From contig WELA01003606.1 in NCBI GenBank assembly GCA_009602735.1, forward strand, positions 391,653 through 439,016: 47,364 bases of DNA, read 5' to 3'. The notes below the pieces were generated by a model that was not told the origin of the DNA, ran no database searches, and worked only from the letters and a program-made list of their open reading frames with translations. Origin of the DNA: Mesotaenium endlicherianum. Lineage: Eukaryota. The stretch's first letter is position 1. Every line of letters starts with the position of its first letter. Shown in pieces: positions 36,542-47,364 of this stretch. The translations under genes were made by a program, and so were the position numbers.

Positions 36542-37500
36542 TGTCATGATTTATTGAGTCGAGGTTGTCGTATAAAAACCAAGCTCCACATGTGCAGAAC
36601 ATCAACCTAGGAAGGCCGACTTTGCATTGACTTTACGCATCCGTATGGTGACCTTTTCTAGATTTCCAAGTCACCAACGTGTAGCGCGTCAAAGCATCTT
36701 CCGAATGGCACCAATTTCGCGTCATTTGGTCAAGTATCGAGCGAGATAGGTGCGATCTAGTCCGCGTCACCTACGGGTCCCTAGCGAAACTTTCCTAAGG
36801 CCCAATTTGTGACTCAATGTCCCCGAAGGTGACATTGTTGGCTCTTCGTGACCCCAAGCTTTGTGCGCACAAATCCGCGAGCCCCTTAGCCTACATAAGC
36901 TTTGCATTTCCATTGTATATGTGCATCATTGAGGCTATAACTTGGTGACTGCATCACCTACTCCTAGAGGAAGCTTCCTCAATTTCCACATCCACTTTTG
37001 AGGCGCTATCTAGGTAGAATTACCCAAGGTAAGCTCGGCCAATGAGGGACACGTAGCATATGCTACGCACCTTGCTTTGATTGGTTTGAGTTATGCTTAG
37101 CCTATAGGAGTGCTAGTACATGCCTTGTACACATTAGTGGACACAGGAGAGCCTCCTAGAGTGACTACATGCACTGGATCCGCCGCATACCCCACCGGAT
37201 TTCCAGGAGTATAAGTACTAGAGATGTCCCTAGAAGAGATTATCAGTAAAGCTTACACTTTTATCTCTTGTGTTTTCAGGACCACTGAGTTACTCTCTTG
37301 TGAAGAGCAAGCCCTCCAGGCTTCCAGTCACTTGAAGAATTTCACAAGTGGTGAGAAAAGTCATAGCTTAAGCCCTTGCCATAGGACTACTCTGAAGATC
37401 ATGATGTGCTTCCAGTGATCTTTTGGGCCATACTTCATTAGTTGTTTTCCTACCAGATTACAGTTTTGAGGTGCTCACTCTGGAGAGTACACATTCCTTA
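36542..37500 (+). repeat. Repeat A2 (959 bp)
   Basis: Copy of A1 with a 42-bp deletion near 37238. Confidence 0.95.
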
Positions 37501-37636
37501 ATTAAAACATTTTCGACTTGACTCCCTTTTTGGCTATAACGCCACATGTATTATAGACTCCATTGCAGCAAAGCCTGCTTGCCTATGATGTATTGCTTAT
37601 GCCTATGGTGCGCACTCGACCTCGTAACGCATGACA
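37501..37636 (+). repeat. Repeat B2 (136 bp), element 3' end
   Basis: Ends CATGACA, followed by TSD TACT. Confidence 0.95.
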
Positions 37637-38470
37637 TACTTTTATTTAAGAATACACTTCAATCAACTAGGTGAAGCAAAGCAAGCAAAGAAGACACGAG
37701 CGTAATATATTCACCTACCCAGTGCAAGTGAAAATAAATCACAACAAACTGTCATGCAAGCAATCATCTGACTTCACAATCAACAATTGAAGACATGCAT
37801 GGACATACCTATACTCACAATAGTCCTTCCAGTTGAAAGACACAATAGAGCAGCTCATTACATGCACACCACACCCAAATCAAACAGCCTCCTTTCGAGG
37901 TCAAACAATGAAAGAATGTCATTAAGGCTCAGCCTACTGAACAAAGCCTTTTCTCCTTCTCTTGGTCTTCAACTCCTGCCGTGCTCACATCTTGAAAGCT
38001 CCTCACAAGCAATTTCTTGTGACTTAGGTACCTGATCAAAATTCAGCGAACTGAAGGAAGAGGGTGACCAACTGATTTGATGGCATTAAATGCCCTTACA
38101 AGATGAGTAGCATCAGGTTAATGAGCCCAAGAAAATTTTAAATTAACCACATTTTCTGAACACACTAAGTTCAAAGAAACATATGGTTTTGAGCAATATG
38201 CTGGTCACCTCAAGCAGGTCCCTGATGTGCCATGCACTATTGCTACCAATCCCAACTTATGGTAGTGTACTTACTCAGTTAGTACGTACACTCGCTCAGG
38301 CAGTGTACTGCAACTCACAGTCCACACCAGTCAGTCACTGATGCTCCTGATATTAATGCAGTACATACATAGGATGTGGCAGTGTATGACTCAGTTAGTA
38401 CATACACTTGCTGTTGAGTATGCAGGTAAGCACAGCTTACTGAATACTCCTAATACACATCCCATCTTCC

Positions 38471-38505
38471 TCTCCCCAACTTAAATAGCTGTCGACCCGA
38501 CAGCT
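38471..38505 (-). promoter_or_regulatory. Internal second hairpin + PPT-like module in family N
   Basis: 16-nt identity with 24848-24863, preceded by an 8-bp stem of different sequence. Confidence 0.65.
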
Positions 38506-41200
38506 CTAACCACATAAGCACACCAAAAAGTGCCTACGACTCCGCATCATAGGAACCACACAGAGTGACAGTCACAGAGGATTGCGGAGGTACTAGTGGG
38601 TGGAGGAGAATCAACAAAGGAACACCGAGAGAGGACACAAAGTGCAAACACCCAAGTCAGCAAGAAAGAAAGTCCCCCCCCCCCCAAAAATAAAATTGTC
38701 CATTTTTCAGGATTAGAGCAATGTCCAGAGTGGCATAGGGTAGAGTGTACTGCCATTCAGACCCTCTCACCATAAAGCTCTATCCATGAATAACCCAATT
38801 TCAAGCCAGCGTATTACACCCCTCCATTTGGAAGTGTAGATAGCATGCTATGAGATAAAGACAACCGACCCCATTAGTAAGTTCCTCCAATACCAAAGAG
38901 TAGCTCAGTTAGCTGACACTACCTACGCATGCATACAATGACTCATACGAGTCATTCCTAGCAAGAAATACGCCAAAATGACAACCACCAAATAGTGAGA
39001 GTCAACAATCCAAGTGAAAAGGGAACAAAAACAACCAACTGTATCATAGTTCTGATGTTACAGGATACTCCCTCCTTCAGGCCTTACTGTCTGAAATTGC
39101 CCAGAGGACAGGTGGGGAAGCGTCGCGCGGCAGCGTTCAGCATGCCAACTCCTCGGCCTTTCTTGACCTGTATGTCACCATTGCTCCACACTCTGCTTGC
39201 TGGTCTCAGTCTGTCAAACAGACAACAAGCCAGTGTGTAAGTTGCCTTCCATGAGCTTAGCTACGCGTGGTAAACACCACACCCTAGTTGCATCAGTCTA
39301 CTCAAGATCTAATGACTCCATCTTACATAGTTCCCGGGAGGGCGAGGCAAACATTGGGATCACATAGACTCAACAAATGACAATGGGCAAACTCAGTATA
39401 GCTCAAAACTAAGTTCCTCTCTGGAGGCACATACATGGCACCTATTGCAATTGCAGCAAGCACTTAGCAAGCCAATAACAACAGCGTGCATATATCATTG
39501 GTAAGACTTTCGCACTGTAACCCCAAGCTAGCAAGAAGAATGTTTGTGCATCAGACTGAACAAGATCATTCAAGCCATGCATTGCGAGAACGTCTATAAT
39601 GTCGATGGTCTCTTCTGTCTTTACTTAGGTGTGCATAGTGAATCTATTACAGCAGGGCCCATTTTACACCTGCTCTACGGTATGCTAACGGCGATCCACT
39701 ACCTCTAGCACCCGGGATGCAAATTCCATGCACCTGACGCATATACAAATGCATCTTGCATGCTACCTAGCATGCGCCTCTAGCGAGCTCAGTTAGCTGC
39801 AAGGCCGGCAGAAACTTAGCACACTGCTAATATGCCCAGATCGTCCCTATGACGAAGACACAAACCTCCTTACACTTGACCAAGTGTACAGGTGGCATCC
39901 AAAAACAAATAGCCAACTGGACCTAAGGCAAGTAGTCAAACCCCCTCTAGTATCCACGTTTACTTTCCATACGTCAGTCAACACACCGTACAGACCTAAG
40001 TCTCGATATGCACATCTATCTGCTTATCTCGCTGGCTTCGACGAGCCACAATCTCACAGTAAGACATGTCACGCACCAAGCATGGCAACACCAAGAGCTA
40101 GTTCAGCTCAAGCACTCAAAGTACTCATTCATCGCGGCTGCTCTCGGACACTTATCCTCTAATAAGTCATGCAAACTAAAGAGAATCGAAAGCCCTTGCG
40201 TCCATAAACCCAAGCCCCTAAACCCTTCAACCACATTAGGTCAAATAATCCAGCAAATTGACTTAACCTAAGTCAGCAATCACATGAGATCCGCATCCAA
40301 AAACCTCTGCACGCTGACTAGACTTATCTTAAGCTTAAACCCCAAGCTCCTACAATCCCATCAAGCACCACAAAAGCACCGTCTCACACATAGCATTCAA
40401 GCACAAGGCACATACCCTAAACCTTCCAGCACACGTCAATGTGGCAAACGAGAGGAGCACACAATGTCACAGCCATGGTTGGAAAAAAAGGGTATCTGTA
40501 GAATGCCATTGTTGTTGTTGAAGCCTCTTCTCATAGAAGTTGCAGCATGCTGAAGCTTGTGGACGACGTAGTGCACTTGGACCGTGGCGACGACTTGTCG
40601 TAATCCATACTTGGAAACTTAAGTTAGTAAATCATGTGTGCACGCACTGTCTCATGTGCTCAGCACATGCAGCCATACCCAAGCTTCCTCAACCTAGCTA
40701 CCACACATGTAATGAGAGAGGTACGTCTCTTGCAAAGCAACAAGCTTAAACCCAAAGCGATTGCACAACCGACTGACAAGTCCTCTAGCACCGCTGGAGT
40801 GCACACCCCTCTCTATACTAGCCGTGGATTGCATATAACAACACACAACGACTATGATCAAGTGAGATAAATGAGTCATATCCAGCTTGCTATGATGCAA
40901 CTCCCTTGAGGCTGCCCTTGATGCTTGCAGACACCTCTTCCATCAAGCCTCCAGTTTAGGCTTCCCGTTGCGTGGATTTGTACACAAGAGGCTAGGAAAG
41001 TCAAGTTAGTATGCCGCATAGTACATTGAGCCTAGAAACACACTAGGTGAGCAAGTGGAAGGATCCTGGACAGGATGTGCAATGCTCTACATCATACACT
41101 TCCCAAGCTCCACCTAGACTCATCATACCACATAAGTAAGCCTCACACACCTACCTCATGAGACAAAGAAGACGAGCACGGACATTCAAGAAAAGACTTA

Positions 41201-41212
41201 GCTCTGATACCA
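41201..41212 (-). promoter_or_regulatory. PBS (tRNA-iMet) of family N
   Basis: TGGTATCAGAGC, 1 nt after the LTR end. Confidence 0.92.
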
Positions 41213-41213
41213 C

Positions 41214-42474
41214 TGAAATGAATCTTGCTTATTCAAGATTAATATATTTCATTTTAATATATAAGATCAGAGATAGGTGCAAGCGTGTGAAATCAGGGAG
41301 CGATCTTCGCCCTTATAATGAATTCCGTTTACTCATCTACACCCCTTGACTCATTTACCGTAGTGTGCCATAGTTACACACTAACACGAGGCACAAGTAA
41401 GAGGCGAGCTTGAGTACTTGAGCTTCTCCTTTAGAAACTCATGGCCTCTTGCCTACCAGGCATGCAAGCATGTATAGCACATGCACAACATCAGGGGACT
41501 AAATAGCAAAGGCGCTCTCATTTAGATGACCATAATGTAGCTAAGACACATCCCACTGACTTAGGTACAAAACCATGGAATCTGTCCGCTGTGTGACCCC
41601 GAAATGTCAGAGGGCATAACTCTGCCAATACTACTCCGAATTGAGCAAACTCAACGGCAACAGATGCATCTTGACAAGATCTTTTCGAAAAGGCCTAGTT
41701 CGTCCCATTTCAAGCGCAGAACAAAGCAGCCATGTCAATTTCCGTGAAGGCTGGTCATAAGAACGAACCCAAAAGTGCACACATGACTTGCAAGTAGAAA
41801 TTCGACTGTAAAGCCTACTGTCCAGAATGAGGGACCACGAGATCCTAGCCTGCTATGTACCCAGTGACCACCTGGTTGACCACGGCGCAAGGTGCGCCGG
41901 TTCGTGGGAAACCCGTTAAGTTGGGACCCACGGATCTAGGTATAACGACCATATTAATTGGTCGGTTGACTGAAGTCCTTATTGTTCAGGTGACTGACGA
42001 TGGCTCCGCCTACCCAAGAGTTAACCACATTGGTAGGACATCGGTTTACCAAATCTCAGTCGACCTTCCGACTTTCAGTATACTACGGTCACATGTGCCA
42101 ATCTACAAATAATAATCTAAATGAATGTATCTATCCTCAGCGTACTGAAGCTAAGTATACTGACTAATATGAGGAGAGCTTACTATATGTCAACCTACTG
42201 ATATTACATCCTATATATAACTGATATACAAATCTCAGCAAACTATACTATGACACAAAAGTCATTCTGCTGACCTTCTCAACAAGTCGAGCAAACTACA
42301 CTGTGATACAAAAGTCATCCTGCTGACATTTTTGACAAAGTAAGTAAACTCGCATTACATCGACATACATTCATTTAGATGAACTCGCACATGTGAGTGT
42401 ATTGACATAATACTTGTTTAGTGTTATATTTATATATGCAATTAATTAAATAAATAATGAACAGATTCATTACA
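41214..42474 (-). repeat. 5' LTR of family N (1261 bp)
   Basis: TG...CA ends; flanked by PBS and TSD. Confidence 0.94.
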
Positions 42475-44294
42475 GTATCTAAAAATAATTGTAGGGAAAA
42501 ATTTCTTTTGACCGGCACGTGCCACAAAGTACGAACTTATACGACATGTTCAACGTTACGTTGACAATTGAAGTTCGTGCCTTTTTCTAAGTAAATATTA
42601 TTTTTAAATATAAATCAACACGAACGAAGCGAACAAGGCTTTAAAAACAACACGAACTATAGCGAACAAGCGAATTGTAAAACTTAGCGTACTTGCATAC
42701 GGCGTAATTCTAATCAAAAGGGGCTCGACAGCAACAAGCATGACAACTTTTATTTCATGACTTAGTGAAATCTCCAAAAAGTTTTCTACTTCTCATTTTT
42801 CCTTACAAGAAAAGAAGCGTCTTACTTCCAAATGGACTTTTGCCCAAGTTGAAGGGTACACAGGTAAGCAAATTCTAGTTTGTAAAAATCACGTCTAAGC
42901 AGAGCACAAGCAATACCAAGTTTCAGAGAAAATCGCCCTTCAGGCTTTCGCTATTCTTCACAAAGTCACCACTTACAAAACTCTGAACTACAGCATCTAT
43001 GCCGGCCTGGCTCGAGTCTTCCGCTCAAAGTCGCGCCTAACAGTTCTTCACTGCTGGCTGGGCTCATTCAATTTTTACTGAGGGCTCTAATCTTGTTAAC
43101 TCTGCTTTTGTTTCAGCAATTTGACAATAAGGAGTTTTGAAAATTGAAGAACTAACACATCACTCACCATTTTATGTGCTTTTCCGCACGCTTGTCATGT
43201 TCGTCCTGAAACTGCGCTAGAATCTCCTAACAGATCCAATTTGTGAGCTCTCTATCCTTTCTAACATGGATTCCGCCTTGGGAAGTCCTACTTCTTAACT
43301 TTTCTGATAGAAAGCGTGAGGAGGCTAGAAACTTCAGCATCGGCAAAAGCAAGTCGCTTTGGCACCTGGGCCCTTGGGAGCTCCTTTCTCCTCCTCCTTC
43401 GCGCCTTTTTTCCTTCTTCCCTCTGCTCTCTCTCTTCTTCGCCTTCTTGCTTCTCTGGAATAGAATGTGCTAGGCAATGAAGGCAGAGTGTGCAAGGCTC
43501 GTGCCTATCTCAGGCACTAAGCAAACTGCCCTCTTCTGAGGTTGCCGTGACTTAGTCACATTTGCATGCATGCATGTTCCACCACATGGATGTCGCTGCA
43601 TGCTTTAAGTTATGTCGCGTCACTCAGTTTGCATGCAGGTCATGTGACGGTTGCGCGTGACGACTTAACTTCCCAGTCAACGGACGCCTATGTGGCCATC
43701 AACCCCATATCTCTGAGGTGGCATCTCAGTTGTGGCAGTTCCACCCAAGGGCTCCCGCTAAATTGGCCTGCTTACTTAGCGTGGCCTGACTCCTCCATCG
43801 ATACGCTAGCTGTGGGTCAGCTTCCTTGACCTGGCGGCTGCTGACATGGACCGTTTGCGGGTCCTGGTGAGGTCAACATTCCAGCTGAGTTGGCTGTCAA
43901 ATCCCCGCTCATCACTGAGTGTGACTTTTGACTAGTCGCAGGCGACTAGTCACCCTTACGTGTGACTTGCATACTTCAGCAATTTGGTCGGTGAGTCAAT
44001 GGTTACTTTTCGTACCTGTGGCCGCAGTGACTTGCGCCACGCGTGCCTCGCCGTCCAACTTTTATAAGTCGCGACATCAATCTCAATGTGTATCTTAGGG
44101 CCTGTATCGTTCACAAATTAATGTATGTTTTGTCTTTTAAAAATGTTTATTTGACCAGAGGGAATGTCATAGTGATAAGAATTGGAGTAAATGATAATTT
44201 TGGAGTACTAGAAGAATATATCAAGGAATTAGGCATATATAGTTTGTTTAGGAGTAGAGTACAAGTGCATGTTTGGATTCGGTTGCAATTCTTT

Positions 44295-45232
44295 GGGTAA
44301 ATTGCGAAACTACCACTCTCAAGTTTTTTATTGCAAATCTACCAGTTACTTCCAAACTAATTGCAAAACTACCACTCGCACATGTAAATGGCGTCCACGT
44401 AGGACCTACACGAATAAATGACGTGCCACATGATTTCGCATGGTACCCTATCTGACACACCATTTCTCTCCTTCGTTTCCAAAATCTTCCACCACCACAT
44501 TTGTAACTGACCCACCTCCACGAAACAAACTGCCCAAGGACGCCACAGGTATTTCTTCAAACCTATTTCTTGCGCCTTATTTTTAAAACCCTGTATGTTC
44601 ACAAACTATATCCATCGCATTCCCTGCTATTTCACATACCAAACGGAGTCACAACAAGCTAATTGTGGCGACTCACTGGTAAGCAAAGGGGTTAGTTATT
44701 AGTGGCACATTTCCATTGATGTTGCTTGTGGCTATTCCTTCGTCTTTCTACGCATACCCCACCGTTTTTAACTGTGCAACCATGGGATCTGAAGGATTTT
44801 AGTTACAATCGTACTTGGGTGGAGAAGGAATGTAGAGTTAGTATAAGCAAGTTCACCCCCCAAGCTACATCCGCCAAGATTTTAACCACCATAAGAAGTA
44901 GCTTGTTTTAGCAATGAGTTAGGCCTTGGGTGTGCGTCCTCTATTGCCAAAATTTTGCGTCCTTGGGCAGTTTGTTTCGTGGAGGTGGGTCAGTTACAAA
45001 TGTGATGGTGGAAGATTTTGGAAACGAAGGAGAGAAATGGTGAGGCAGGTATGGTCCCGTGCGAAATCTTGTGGCACGTCGTTTATCCGTGTAAGGCCTA
45101 CGTGGACGCCATTTACATGTGCGAGTCTGGTGCAAGTGGTAGTTTTGCAATTAGTATGGAAGTGAGTGGTAGATTTGCAATAAACAAACTTGAAGGTGGT
45201 AGTTCTTCAATTTACCCTTTTGCAATTTACCC
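44295..45232. mobile_element. Mutator-type non-autonomous element (MULE-MITE)
   Basis: ~250-bp imperfect TIRs (44295-~44543 / ~44955-45232) starting GGGTAAATTG; 9-bp TSD CAATTCTTT / CAATTTTTT (8/9). Confidence 0.82.
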
Positions 45233-47001
45233 CAATTTTTTAGCCAAAATGAGCTAAAACACTCAAGGGTCCAGTTTCCACATTTCATGAAACTACGCCA
45301 TAGCACACGCCGGAGTGCAGTAGAGGACTACATGCTATGTAAACAACGTGAGTTCGATATTCCGATCGAACCCGTCTTTCACGCTCGATCACCTGTGAGA
45401 GCGACCTTTGAAACCTCCAAACTTGCATTTCGTTTGCACATGCAGAGCCCAAGTTATAGACAGCAAGAAGAGCAAGATAGTAATTGCAGTAGGCATGGGC
45501 TTCTATGTGGCAGACGACGGGCGAAAAGTGAAAGGCAGGGAAAGTGCGTAAGTACTTCCGAAATTATGGTAGTGGAGTAATGCACGCGAATGGGCATAAG
45601 CGCCGCGCTTAGCTTCGGTTGAGGGATCCGCCCTCGGGGTATTCCGGGCTTGCAGCAACACTGTTACCATTTTACCACCAATTTTCGTAGAAGAGAGGAT
45701 ACGATCACCGGTGCTGGAACTGCAGTGTCGTCGAGAGGCTTTACGTATGGATATACGACTGCACCTTGTTTTATGTATGTTCGCCTGCACTTAGCCTGGT
45801 GCATGTCCGCAGGGATACAGGCCTCGAGCCTCTTCTCTACTACTCATCGGTCGCTTCACTTGTCAACCGGGATTGTCTTTAAAAATCGATCAGGGCAGCA
45901 GGAATATCTTGTCTCTGAGAGGACCATACTTCTTCAGTAGGAAAGAAAGATATGTTCGCGTGAAGCAATTGAGTTTGTGGCGATCTGCATGTGCGCGGCA
46001 TCACCAAATTCGTTGACTTCCTCTATTTGTGGTGCTTTTCATTTCACGATAATCTAGAGTGAGAGACTATGGCTCAGTCTAAGTAGCTAAGCTTCATGCT
46101 ATCCTTGTACTGTCAATTCTTCCTCCATTCTTGAAAAATCTCCTTTGCGATTGACAGCAATAGTGATGGTATTCGAGCTTTTTTTTTATAAGATCTGTGT
46201 TCTTTCTTTGCTTGGCATGGACAAATGGCATGGGATGCGTAAATCCATCTGTGGACTCCCCCTATCCCCCATCTTCATTTCATAACTTCATAACAGACCT
46301 CTCCAGGGCGCTGTACACCTACTTAGGGGCTGCTACTTGGAATGCACAAGAGGTGCCATTTTTGAAGCTCCAGTGTTTCCCTCTCTCCCATGCCTGCCAG
46401 GGTGGGGTGCAGGAGCATTTGGTGTCATCTCTTCTTGATCAAGTGCTAGGAGCTTGTCACGCTCTCATCCTTTGTGACACGGCGTCTGGAGCCGCCACGC
46501 TGAGTTGAGACATAGTTAACATAGTTGGTTACGAAAGACTATTAGAAAACCTACGAATAGAGACATGATTGGATCTGAGGGCATGATTGGAATTGAGGTA
46601 TAACTGGGGCAGTGGTCAAGCTTCAGTCTCTCTCGCAGCAGCAGCGCCAGCTGCTGGCTGCTAGCTGATAAATTACCGCCCGCTCTCAAAGGGTTGATTA
46701 GAGCTTAGAGCCTGGAGCTTCTTCCAGCTGGCGAGTGCGCGGCTGGAGATTGGAGAAGTGAACACCTGGACCCCGTGCAGTGCTCTTCTTTAGCTTCATG
46801 CAGAGACCCTGGGAGAAGCGTCCAGGCCTCACAGGTCCAGTGGCACCAGGACTGGGAAAGTAACGCCAAACAGATGCCCCTTGGCGAGAGGACACGCTCA
46901 GCGTGTGTGGCATATGTCTCTGCTTCGCCTCGCTGCCTTGGAGAGGCCGGTGAGAGGCCAGCCAGCTAGCCAGCGAGGTGTCGCATTCTGAAAGGGCCGC
47001 C

Positions 47002-47364
47002 ATGGCGCAGCAGCAGCCGGGTGCTACGTATCACCACGGTGGGGGAGGGGAAGATCAGACCCTCCCCAAGAAGGAAGGCCTTGCCCCCTGGGAGGGTCAC
47101 GGCAGGGCGGGGTTTGGGGCCAGCGGGGGATTAGGGTTTGGGATGAGCGAGTTTGCCAGTGTCTCAGACTACTACAATGCCAGGGCCAGGGGCAGGGAGC
47201 GCCCTGAGCGCCTGCGTGCAAACGACCCTTCGGGGGGGGCCGGAGAGGCAACTGAGGCAGTGGCAATGGCAGCCAGCCTTGTAGACTTGGAGAACTTCGC
47301 CACCTGGCTGCCGCCCCCAGGCGAAGATCCGGCGGGGCCGGAGGAGGAGGAGGAGAGGGAGGGG
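47002..47364 (+). CDS. Start of a probable host gene, possibly FAB1/PIKfyve-type PI3P 5-kinase (open to window end)
   Basis: GCCGCCATGG Kozak context; 121 open codons ending VDLENFATWLPPPGEDPAGPEEEEERE, which resembles from memory the plant FAB1 motif VDFEN..WLPP.PEDEE.ERE; short match only. Confidence 0.4.
   Translation, partial: MAQQQPGATYHHGGGGEDQTLPKKEGLAPWEGHGRAGFGASGGLGFGMSEFASVSDYYNARARGRERPERLRANDPSGGAGEATEAVAMAASLVDLENFATWLPPPGEDPAGPEEEEEREG

Larger units (their letters stand above)
24899..37636 (+). mobile_element. Family S copy 2: complete split-direct-repeat Ty3/Gypsy element carrying a C5 DNA methyltransferase and a PHD finger
   Basis: Ends TGTCATG...CATGACA; 4-bp TSD TACT (24895-24898, 37637-37640); layout A1-ORFs-B1-ac-A2-B2. 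Confidence 0.93.
22322..42474 (-). mobile_element. Family N: large non-autonomous (LARD-like) LTR element hosting two nested insertions
   Basis: TSD GTATC (22317-22321, 42475-42479); ~1.26-kb LTRs; perfect PBS; PPT; ~3.6-kb interior with no long ORF on the sense strand. Confidence 0.92.

Noticed and set aside
24899..37636. Classifying family S as a DIRS/PAT/Ngaro element because of its split repeats
   Set aside because: No tyrosine recombinase is seen; it has a protease, Gypsy-type RT/RNase H, an HHCC-DDE integrase, TG...CA ends and a 4-bp TSD.
42480..44290. Possible gene or TE remnant (splice-like sites, purine-rich stretch on - strand at ~43380-43460)
   Set aside because: No ORF, terminal repeat or motif that I can support.
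47129..47142. Telomere-like TTAGGGTTT
   Set aside because: Single unit inside an open frame (GLGF); not an array.

Overview
Eukaryotic DNA, probably green lineage/streptophyte (inferred from TE types and one plant FAB1-like motif). About 42 kb is a nest of transposons that can be resolved by target-site duplications (TSDs). Family S (complete copy 24899-37636, 4-bp TSD TACT; second partial copy <1-2656) is a Ty3/Gypsy element whose decayed polyprotein reads Gag-protease-C5 DNA methyltransferase-RT-RNaseH-DDE integrase-PHD finger. It lacks two normal LTRs and instead has split repeats A1-ORFs-B1-ac-A2-B2, a G8 polypurine tract before B1, an internal CA-ac-TG end-to-end junction and a Tf1-like self-priming site in place of a tRNA PBS. 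This suggests a DDE-integrase element that integrates a 2-LTR circle, and is the main finding. Family C is a chromodomain Gypsy (three damaged copies plus a solo LTR) with an extra downstream ORF preceded by a conserved intron. Family N (22322-42474, TSD GTATC) is a large non-coding LTR element sharing cis signals with family C. Also present: two solo LTR-like family E inserts, a TRIM, a decayed piggyBac, a Mutator-type MITE, a (CT)n tract and the start of a probable host gene at the right edge. No CRISPR, rRNA or intact tRNA genes were seen. Family names S/C/N/E are my labels, and all alignments were done by eye.
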